This document shows, piece after piece, positions 1-5,198 of a DNA stretch of 7,627 bases. A program made the translations under genes and the position numbers. Within the stretch, counting starts at the first letter, position 1, and each line of letters begins with the position of its first letter. Source of the DNA: a virus (lineage: Duplodnaviria > Heunggongvirae > Uroviricota > Caudoviricetes). The notes below the pieces were generated by a model. The model saw only the letters and a program-made list of their open reading frames with translations. It did not search any database and was not told the DNA's origin. Where the stretch lies: the IMG/VR virus record IMGVR_UViG_2695420382_000010, positions 1-7,627 of that record; one strand, 5' to 3'.

Positions 1-225
1 CGCATACTTAAAAGCCCTGCTAATCGGACTGATGTCTGATGCCATTCCGAAAGCACACAAGACCGAAGCAATAAACCTCCAGTCCGTTCTGCTTATCTTC
101 GATTCATGACAGCCAATCATCTTTGCCAGACCGCGCTGGGTAAGCGTTGACAGGTTGATGAGTAAATCTGTTTCTGCGCGATCAACATCGCGCTGTGATA
201 GTTTGCTGTAACTTGTTTGTTCCAT
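1..225 (-). CDS. cII: CII-like transcriptional activator, partial (start codon at 225-223; the gene runs off the left edge of the window)
   Basis: Not in the ORF track because it is open at the window edge. Minus-strand translation from ATG (complement of 223-225) gives MEQTSYSKLSQRDVDRAETDLLINLSTLTQRGLAKMIGCHESKISRTDWRFIASVLCAFGM..., 75 codons with no stop. The pattern resembles lambda CII (helix-turn-helix with ...SQISRW..W...) and the gene sits downstream of cro, nutR and a tR1-like hairpin as in lambda. Confidence 0.6.
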   Translation of the reverse strand, partial: MEQTSYSKLSQRDVDRAETDLLINLSTLTQRGLAKMIGCHESKISRTDWRFIASVLCAFGMASDISPISRAFKYA

Positions 226-234
226 TTCTTACTA
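203..234 (+). promoter_or_regulatory. PRE-like CII-dependent promoter: TTGC-N6-TTGT direct repeat flanking the -35 position, then a 12-nt spacer and the -10-like TTACTA; it would drive antisense-to-cro transcription toward cI
   Basis: TTGC at 203-206, 6-nt spacer, TTGT at 213-216, then 12 nt and TTACTA at 229-234. The architecture matches lambda PRE (TTGC-N6-TTGC), and as in lambda it overlaps the cII start codon on the opposite strand. Confidence 0.4.
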
Positions 235-242
235 TTTCCATA

Positions 243-277
243 GGTAAATAATCACTAATACTCATCTTTCGATGAGT
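243..277 (-). terminator. tR1-like hairpin between nutR and cII (7-bp stem, GAAA loop, A/U-rich tail)
   Basis: Minus-strand RNA reads ACUCAUC-GAAA-GAUGAGU (plus 260-277) followed by AUUAGUGAUUAUUUACC. The position matches lambda tR1. The U-tract is imperfect, so this may be a partial or Rho-assisted terminator. Confidence 0.3.
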
Positions 278-289
278 GCTTAATTAGTT

Positions 290-324
290 ACCGCGTTGTC
301 GGCGGTGCAGATTGATAAAGAGCG
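290..324 (-). promoter_or_regulatory. nutR: boxA plus P22-type boxB hairpin
   Basis: On the minus strand, boxA is CGCTCTTTA (plus 316-324) and boxB is ACCGC-CGACAAC-GCGGT (plus 290-306; 5-bp stem, 7-nt loop). It lies immediately downstream of the cro stop, as lambdoid nutR does. The boxB matches the P22 nutR type as I recall it. Confidence 0.6.
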
Positions 325-334
325 GATCCGCTTA

Positions 335-550
335 TTAAGCGGCTTTGTGTTCAGGCGGGAACACGTCATCAAGACTGACTTTTGCGCCTAACTTGTTTAG
401 GCACGCAACAAGAGCACGGCATGTTTTAAGGTCTGGGAAGCGACGACCAGATTCCCAATGTCCGATAGCTCCCTGTGTGCATCCAACTGCCTTAGCAAGT
501 GTTGTTTGAGAGATATTCAGTGACTCTCGATATTTTCGTAGGTTGCTCAT
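335..550 (-). CDS. cro: Cro-like HTH repressor (71 aa)
   Basis: Track ORF 335..721, trimmed to the internal Met at 550 (MSNLRKYRESLNISQTTLAKAVGCTQGAIGHW...) because a GGAGGG Shine-Dalgarno sits 4 nt upstream and the longer form would run through the operator region and the cI start. It has an XRE-type helix-turn-helix and is divergent from cI across an operator region. Confidence 0.85.
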   Translation of the reverse strand: MSNLRKYRESLNISQTTLAKAVGCTQGAIGHWESGRRFPDLKTCRALVACLNKLGAKVSLDDVFPPEHKAA

Positions 551-661
551 ATGCCCTCCATAGTAACCATGAAACAATAATACGATATGTACTTTTGGAA
601 TGCAAACAAAAAATACATCTTGTGCATGGATGGTTTTAGTACAGAGCGTAATAATAAGGAT
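551..661. promoter_or_regulatory. OR-type divergent control region between cro and cI (operators, PR and presumably PRM)
   Basis: 110-bp AT-rich spacer between divergent cro and cI starts. It contains the 19-mer at 577-595 that is shared (17/19) with the PL region, and an ACAAGATG core at 614-625 that recurs in OL at 2918-2925. Confidence 0.6.
577..605 (-). promoter_or_regulatory. PR-like sigma70 promoter for cro (-35 TTGCAT, 17-bp spacer, -10 TATTAT)
   Basis: On the minus strand, TTGCAT is the complement of 600-605, the spacer is 17 bp, and TATTAT is the complement of 577-582. The predicted leader of about 20 nt carries GGAGGG before the cro ATG. Confidence 0.5.
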
Positions 662-1321
662 ATGAAAATGAAATGGTATGAACTGGCTAGATCCAGAATG
701 AAAGAGCTCGGCATAACTCAAGAGAAGTTAGCTGAAGAGCTTGGTATGACGCAGGGTGGAATTGGTCACTGGTTGCGCGGATCTCGTCATCCATCTCTTG
801 ACGAGATTGGTGTGGTGTTTAAATACCTTGGTATTGATAACGTCTCATTCAACCACGACGGTACATTCTCACCTGTTGGCGAATACTCATCTGCCCCCGT
901 TAAAAAACAATATGAGTACCCTGTTTTTTCTCATGTTCAGGCCGGGATGTTCTCGCCTGAGCTTAGAACCTTTACCAAAGGTGATGCGGAGAGATGGGTA
1001 AGCACAACCAAAAAAGCCAGTGATTCTGCATTCTGGCTTGAGGTTGAAGGTAATTCCATGACCGCGCCAACAGGATCCAAGCCCAGCTTTCCTGACGGAA
1101 TGTTAATTCTCGTTGACCCTGAGCAGGCTGTTGAGCCAGGTGATTTCTGCATAGCCAGACTTGGGGGTGATGAGTTTACCTTCAAGAAACTGATCAGGGA
1201 TAGCGGTCAGGTGTTTTTACAACCACTAAACCCACAGTACCCAATGATCCCATGCAATGAGAGTTGTTCCGTTGTGGGGAAAGTTATCGCTAGCCAGTGG
1301 CCTGAAGAGACGTTTGGGTGA
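662..1321 (+). CDS. cI: CI-type prophage repressor (N-terminal HTH domain plus C-terminal S24/LexA-like autocleavage-dimerisation domain), 219 aa
   Basis: Track ORF 587..1321, trimmed to Met 662 (MKMKWYEL...; Met 668 is an alternative) with AAGGA at 656-660. The C-terminal ~130 aa ([14 protein letters not shown]...[10 protein letters not shown]...[12 protein letters not shown]) match the lambda CI C-terminal domain as I recall it. The N-terminal domain is different and carries the helix-turn-helix [22 protein letters not shown]. Confidence 0.9.
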   Translation: MKMKWYELARSRMKELGITQEKLAEELGMTQGGIGHWLRGSRHPSLDEIGVVFKYLGIDNVSFNHDGTFSPVGEYSSAPVKKQYEYPVFSHVQAGMFSPELRTFTKGDAERWVSTTKKASDSAFWLEVEGNSMTAPTGSKPSFPDGMLILVDPEQAVEPGDFCIARLGGDEFTFKKLIRDSGQVFLQPLNPQYPMIPCNESCSVVGKVIASQWPEETFG

Positions 1322-1452
1322 TGGATGGAAAAGTACGCCGGGCGTAGAGTGACCAGCAGATTTAAAGCCGACATTCATTGCATTCAATGCAAAAAGAAAC
1401 TTTATGCACTTTAACGATATAATGACTTACGCCATATATAACGGATTGATAT

Positions 1453-2283
1453 ATGAAACTTAATTTTTACGCCTCCTATCAACAAAACGGTAAGGAACGT
1501 TTTCCTATTGATTTGGTGTCAGGCTTATCCGAACAGGTAATCAAAGCAAAAAACAATGCCTTCGAGATTGATGATTACTTTATATTTGCTCATCACATTA
1601 GCAGAGAATGTTATTTAATAACAAAAACATATGACTCAGACTTGGTTAAAAGGGTCAATAAAACCACGCTCTCAGTCGATGAACTCAAAAACGTATTAGG
1701 CAGTGACGAAACGCTAGCGTTTCCATCATTCCTGTTGATCAAAGATGGCGTCATTGGTTATGCCTGCACTCAGCACGGGCCAAGAGTTCGTGAGCTTGAA
1801 ATTTACTTATCTAATAAATTGAACATAACAAAACCATTCAAGCTATGTTTAGAACCTCTGATGAGAGACGTAACTAGGGATGATGCTCTCGACATGGAGT
1901 TCATCGGTAGAACAACCTTAAGAGTTGAGTCTGGATCCAAGCTTTTGTCTCCTTTGCTGAGAGCTGCCGGGATCGAAACCATCGAAGAAGAGCTTCTTGA
2001 AGGTGTGGAAATAACAATAAAACCAAAAAGAATGAGAAATATCAGCAACATGTCCAAGGAGCTGATTCGTAATGCCGATGATTCTCATAGTGACATACAT
2101 CTTAAAGCGAAGGAGTACGCAGCTGATTTGCTAACTGACTACTACCTTTCAAGCAAGGGGCACATCAGTGCCAACATTTACAAATCGACAAATGAAGAAA
2201 TTGCAGAGGAAATGGAAATTTGCTACATAAGAATGAAAAATGTTATAATGAAAAGTTATAAAGATTTTTGTGAAGACGAGTAA
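1453..2283 (+). CDS. rexA: RexA homologue (abortive-infection/exclusion sensor component), 276 aa
   Basis: Same strand as cI and immediately downstream of it. Its length is close to lambda RexA (279 aa) and it shares blocks recalled from lambda RexA: FPSFL, EPLMR..T.DD, FIGRTT, I.IKPK, YLS.KGH.SA, EIAEEM. Confidence 0.85.
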   Translation: MKLNFYASYQQNGKERFPIDLVSGLSEQVIKAKNNAFEIDDYFIFAHHISRECYLITKTYDSDLVKRVNKTTLSVDELKNVLGSDETLAFPSFLLIKDGVIGYACTQHGPRVRELEIYLSNKLNITKPFKLCLEPLMRDVTRDDALDMEFIGRTTLRVESGSKLLSPLLRAAGIETIEEELLEGVEITIKPKRMRNISNMSKELIRNADDSHSDIHLKAKEYAADLLTDYYLSSKGHISANIYKSTNEEIAEEMEICYIRMKNVIMKSYKDFCEDE

Positions 2284-2313
2284 GAGTGAATACCTAAGGG
2301 TAAGGGAGGGCGT

Positions 2314-2751
2314 ATGAGAGAGCACAAAATCGTTCCCGGCGTATTGCTATTCGCTTTACCAATACTTTTCACTATTGTCGTTTACTGCATTTTCCGTAGC
2401 CTTACCTCAGCAATTTCGTTCACCGAGCACAGAGACGCGCTGGGAGCAGCTATATCTTCATATGCAGGGACCACTATCGCAATACTCATTGCCGCGTTGA
2501 CGTTTGTCATAGGCATCAGAGGAAAAAACATGCAAAAAGTAAAGGCATACGGATATATGACATCTGTCATTATTCTGTATGCACTGACCTTTGCGGAGCT
2601 TGGCATTGTTTTTTTTATGGGGTTATTTTTAATGGCCACAAGCAAGCAACCAATTGCTTTGTTGCCATCCTTATCGATCGGCCTATCAGCTTCATCAATG
2701 ATGCATATAAGCATCATACTTTTCCAACTCCTAAAATTCTCAAATAAATAA
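2314..2751 (+). CDS. rexB: RexB homologue (small polytopic inner-membrane protein partner of RexA), 145 aa
   Basis: GGGAGGG Shine-Dalgarno at 2303-2309. The protein is hydrophobic with about four predicted TM segments and shares blocks recalled from lambda RexB: MPGV, H/EHRD.LGA..SSYAGT.IAILIAALTF, YGYMTSV.I.YAL.F.ELG. It is followed directly by an intrinsic terminator. Confidence 0.85.
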   Translation: MREHKIVPGVLLFALPILFTIVVYCIFRSLTSAISFTEHRDALGAAISSYAGTTIAILIAALTFVIGIRGKNMQKVKAYGYMTSVIILYALTFAELGIVFFMGLFLMATSKQPIALLPSLSIGLSASSMMHISIILFQLLKFSNK

Positions 2752-2753
2752 CG

Positions 2754-2780
2754 ACCCGGCCTCAGCGCCGGGTTTTCTTT
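2754..2780 (+). terminator. tIMM-like Rho-independent terminator ending the cI-rexA-rexB operon
   Basis: GC-rich hairpin ACCCGGC (2754-2760), loop CTCAGC, GCCGGGT (2767-2773), followed by the T-tract TTTTCTTT, starting 3 nt after the rexB stop. Confidence 0.8.
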
Positions 2781-2960
2781 GCCTCTCGAACGCCCACCTA
2801 AAACACATAACAAATTGTATTTATTGAAAAATTGATAGATACAACTTGCTAAACAGTGCAATTCTGATCCCTCACCTACCAAACAATGCACCCCTGCAAA
2901 AAATAAATCCATAAAATACAAGATGGTATAAAAAACCAACAACATTTAGAACATTTTGTA

Positions 2961-2989
2961 TTGACTCAATAAAGTACACATCGTACTAT
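2961..2989 (+). promoter_or_regulatory. PL-like sigma70 promoter (-35 TTGACT, 17-bp spacer, -10 TACTAT) with an overlapping operator
   Basis: TTGACT at 2961-2966 and TACTAT at 2984-2989. The downstream CATCAGCAGGACGCA resembles the lambda PL transcript start. The segment 2971-2989 is 17/19 identical to the PR spacer and -10 segment, suggesting OL1. Confidence 0.55.
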
Positions 2990-3035
2990 TTAGCCATCAG
3001 CAGGACGCAGGAAGCCAAACGGAACAGATTGGCAG

Positions 3036-3069
3036 GCTCTTTAACTTCGATGGGGCGCTGACAAAGCGC
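3036..3069 (+). promoter_or_regulatory. nutL: boxA plus P22-type boxB hairpin
   Basis: boxA GCTCTTTAA at 3036-3044 and boxB GCGC-TGACAAA-GCGC at 3055-3069, lying between PL and the N start. The boxB matches the P22 nutL type as I recall it. Confidence 0.7.
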
Positions 3070-3188
3070 AAACAGATATCAAACGAGATGGGTTTGGCGG
3101 TGATGTGAATTGCAGCTGCAACGACAGCAACCAGAAGATCAGCACCTGGCGCATCACCACCAAAGCCATTTCACATGAGGAAAACATC

Positions 3189-3497
3189 ATGACGGTAATC
3201 GTGTACGGAAAATCAACATTTGCAGGAAATGCCAAAACTCGCCGTCATGAGCGGCGCAGAAAGCTGGCTATCGAGCGTGATGCCATCTGCAACATCATCG
3301 ATTCGATCTTCGGCACAGACAGCGAGGAACCTGTTCAGAAAGACACGAGAAAGCGTTTAAGCCTTTCTGAAAAAGCAATATCACTCGGAAGCCTTCGCTG
3401 CAAGAAGGCAGATGAATACAGTGGAAGTATTTGCCTGCCAAACATAGCCATTTACGCGGCAGGCTACAGGAAATCCAAACAGCTGACAGCAAGATGA
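3189..3497 (+). CDS. N: N-type transcription antiterminator, P22 gene 24-like, 102 aa (arginine-rich motif near the N terminus)
   Basis: Track ORF 3105..3497, trimmed to Met 3189 with GAGGA at 3176-3180. The start MTVIVYGKSTFAGNAKTRRHERRRKLAIERD contains the arginine-rich boxB-binding motif and matches the P22 gp24 N terminus as I recall it. It is the first gene after PL and nutL. Confidence 0.85.
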   Translation: MTVIVYGKSTFAGNAKTRRHERRRKLAIERDAICNIIDSIFGTDSEEPVQKDTRKRLSLSEKAISLGSLRCKKADEYSGSICLPNIAIYAAGYRKSKQLTAR

Positions 3498-3555
3498 CTT
3501 GTGTTGGTCGCCAGAAAATGAAATTAGACAGCAAACCACTTATTTGAGGTGAGAT

Positions 3556-4026
3556 ATGACAAAATCATGGAGCGTACCGTTTCCTGAATCAGAAACTGAA
3601 CATGATGGAATGCCTGTTTTCTGGAGATTCCAGGCGACAGTTGAAGAAGATGGGATAAAAATATTCGCACTTCAATATATAGCTTTTCATCAGACAGAGC
3701 ATTATGCATGGTTGGTTCCTGCGCATTGGATTGTTAATTTTAAACCAGCACCAAATCAGTGGTTACAGGAATGGAAACAAAGGAGAAATAGATATGCAAT
3801 TAAGAAAGTAGCAAAAAATGCAGAAAGATCTTTTGCATTCCCAACGAAGAAACTTGCTATTGAAAGTTTATTGCGTCGAAAAAAATACCATTTGGTGAGG
3901 ATCAAACAAGATTTGGCTGTCGTATCAACTCTTGTCGATGGGATGAAGAATATTGATACATCAACACCAGATATTGAATATAACTTTGGACACAACCAAG
4001 AAACAGAAAATTGGGTATTTTATTAG
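3556..4026 (+). CDS. Hypothetical protein, 156 aa; AT-rich orphan gene in the N-cIII slot
   Basis: Track ORF with GAGGTGA Shine-Dalgarno at about 3546-3552. GC content is about 30-37% against about 50-55% in cI and cIII. It has an aromatic-rich N-terminal half and a basic then acidic C-terminal half. I recognise no family. Confidence 0.7.
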   Translation: MTKSWSVPFPESETEHDGMPVFWRFQATVEEDGIKIFALQYIAFHQTEHYAWLVPAHWIVNFKPAPNQWLQEWKQRRNRYAIKKVAKNAERSFAFPTKKLAIESLLRRKKYHLVRIKQDLAVVSTLVDGMKNIDTSTPDIEYNFGHNQETENWVFY

Positions 4027-4101
4027 TACAAATAAGCACTGTGTATCCATTCCAACGAGTGAATACACGGAGCAATTTAAAGCGTAAATAAGGAGCACAC
4101 C

Positions 4102-4266
4102 ATGCAATATGCCATTGCAGGGTGGCCTGTTGCTGGCTGCCCTTCCGAATCTTTACTTGAACGAATCACCCGTAAATTACGTGACGGATGGAAACGCCTT
4201 ATCGACATACTTAATCAGCCAGGAGTCCCAAAGAATGGATCAAACACTTATGGCTATTCAGACTAA
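4102..4266 (+). CDS. cIII: CIII (inhibitor of FtsH-mediated CII degradation), 54 aa
   Basis: Not in the track because it is under 60 aa. ATG at 4102 with AGGAG at 4091-4095. It translates to MQYAIAGWPVAGCPSESLLERITRKLRDGWKRLIDILNQPGVPKNGSNTYGYSD, which matches lambda CIII as I recall it. Confidence 0.8.
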   Translation: MQYAIAGWPVAGCPSESLLERITRKLRDGWKRLIDILNQPGVPKNGSNTYGYSD

Positions 4267-4348
4267 ATTCACTATCGCCACTTTTATTGGCGATGAAAAG
4301 ATGTTTCGTGAGGCCGTCGAAGCCTACAGAAAATGGAGGTCAAAATGA
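4235..4348 (+). CDS. kil: Kil-like small protein (host cell-division inhibitor family), 37 aa
   Basis: This is the C-terminal part of track ORF 4109..4348, with Met at 4235 (MDQTLMAIQTKFTIATFIGDEKMFREAVEAYRKWRSK) preceded by AGGAG at 4221-4225. It overlaps the cIII 3' end out of frame. The N terminus matches lambda Kil as I recall it. Confidence 0.6.
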   Translation: MDQTLMAIQTKFTIATFIGDEKMFREAVEAYRKWRSK

Positions 4349-4533
4349 TTCCGGTAGAGCTGGCGAAAACTCCAGAGTTAAGTCGATTAAAAAGAGAATA
4401 TCACATTGCTGAGGCTCGTTACTGGCGTAAAGCGGGAGATAAATCAAAGAAACAACTTTGTTTATGGCAGGCACAAAGAGAGCGCATGAATGAGCGCGAG
4501 TTTCTTTCCGTCCCATCCGAATTACCATTCTGA
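4345..4533 (+). CDS. Hypothetical small basic protein, 62 aa
   Basis: Track ORF 4333..4533, trimmed to Met 4345 with GGAGG at 4335-4339. Its ATG overlaps the kil stop (ATGA), which suggests translational coupling. The protein is Arg/Lys-rich: MIPVELAKTPELSRLKREYHIAEARYWRK... Confidence 0.5.
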   Translation: MIPVELAKTPELSRLKREYHIAEARYWRKAGDKSKKQLCLWQAQRERMNEREFLSVPSELPF

Positions 4534-4541
4534 GGCAAATT

Positions 4542-5198
4542 ATGGGAACTGCGACATTAATACTCGGTGAATCTGGTACCGGAAAATCAACCAGTTTAAG
4601 AAACTTACCACCAGAAAAAACATTAATCATACAGTGCATAAACAAACCGCTACCATTCCCATCAAGTGATTGGGTTAAAATAAGCAAGGAAAACAATAAC
4701 GGGAACATATACAGAACAGATAATACTGAAAATATTGTAAGGGCACTAATTAATGCTCCGCATGAAATTGTAGTTATTGATGATTATCAGGCTGTGATGG
4801 TTAACGAACTAATGGGTAAATGCAATGAGAGAGGATATGACAAATTTACCTCGATAGGGAAAAACGCATGGGATGTGTTCAGGGCTGCTGGTGAAGGGGC
4901 AGACACTCGGAGAGTTTATATTCTGGCACACACGCAAACTGATGATTTTGGCTATACACGAATGAAAACCGTCGGAAAACTAGTCGATTCGACACTTGTT
5001 CCTGAAGGTTATTTCACTATCGTGTTAAGAACTCACGTACAGAACGGAAAATACTCATTTTCCACCCAGACAAACGGGAGTGATTGTTGTAAAAGTCCGG
5101 TTGGGATGTTTGATAGTCAGTTTATTGATAATGATTTGTACGAAGTAGATAAAAAAATATGCTCTTACTATGGGTTTGAAAAAAATGAGACGTCTTGA
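4542..5198 (+). CDS. P-loop NTPase, RecA-core-like; putative Sak4-type phage recombination ATPase, 218 aa
   Basis: Walker A GESGTGKST at residues 9-17 and a Walker B-like IVVIDD near residue 77. The size and position, where lambdoid phages carry their recombination module, fit Sak4-family single-strand-annealing ATPases. The family assignment is inferred, not confirmed. Confidence 0.7.
   Translation: MGTATLILGESGTGKSTSLRNLPPEKTLIIQCINKPLPFPSSDWVKISKENNNGNIYRTDNTENIVRALINAPHEIVVIDDYQAVMVNELMGKCNERGYDKFTSIGKNAWDVFRAAGEGADTRRVYILAHTQTDDFGYTRMKTVGKLVDSTLVPEGYFTIVLRTHVQNGKYSFSTQTNGSDCCKSPVGMFDSQFIDNDLYEVDKKICSYYGFEKNETS

Noticed and set aside
551-576. Seven-codon mini-ORF in the cro leader (minus strand, ATGGTTACTATGGAGGGCATATGA) ending on the cro ATG
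   Set aside because: It has no Shine-Dalgarno and is composed largely of the cro Shine-Dalgarno itself, so it is most likely coincidental.
587-661. N-terminal extension of cI to the ATG at 587 ([10 protein letters not shown]...)
   Set aside because: The extension would be translated from within the OR/PR operator-promoter region and has no Shine-Dalgarno. Met 662 or 668 has AAGGA upstream and gives a normal-sized HTH domain.
551-721. Long form of cro starting at the complement of 721 (128 aa)
   Set aside because: It would overlap the cI start and the whole operator region. The internal Met at 550 has a GGAGGG Shine-Dalgarno and yields a typical 71-aa Cro.
756-1185. Track ORFs 756..1001 (+) and 937..1185 (-) inside cI
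   Set aside because: These are alternative frames or antisense within the strongly supported cI C-terminal domain coding region.
1803-2100. Minus-strand ORFs 1803..2057 and 1918..2100 inside rexA
   Set aside because: They are antisense to the conserved RexA homologue.
2382-2945. 187-aa minus-strand ORF in the track
   Set aside because: It lies antisense to the conserved rexB homologue and runs through the tIMM terminator into the OL region. It has no Shine-Dalgarno and a low-complexity hydrophobic translation typical of an antisense shadow of a membrane-protein gene.
3105-3188. N-terminal extension of N (MNCSCNDSNQ...)
   Set aside because: It would begin inside the nutL / leader region with no Shine-Dalgarno. 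Met 3189 has GAGGA and begins the recognisable arginine-rich motif.
3041-3995. Minus-strand ORFs 3041..3235, 3295..3534, 3524..3709 and 3756..3995
   Set aside because: They are antisense to nutL, N and the orphan gene in the PL operon, with no Shine-Dalgarno sequences.
4109-4234. Upstream part of track ORF 4109..4348 (MPLQGGLLLAALPN...)
   Set aside because: This frame overlaps the cIII coding sequence, which translates to a recognisable CIII in another frame. Only the segment from Met 4235, which has its own Shine-Dalgarno, is taken as Kil.
4340-4708. 122-aa minus-strand ORF
   Set aside because: It is antisense to the small basic ORF and the start of the ATPase gene within a coherent plus-strand operon, with no Shine-Dalgarno.
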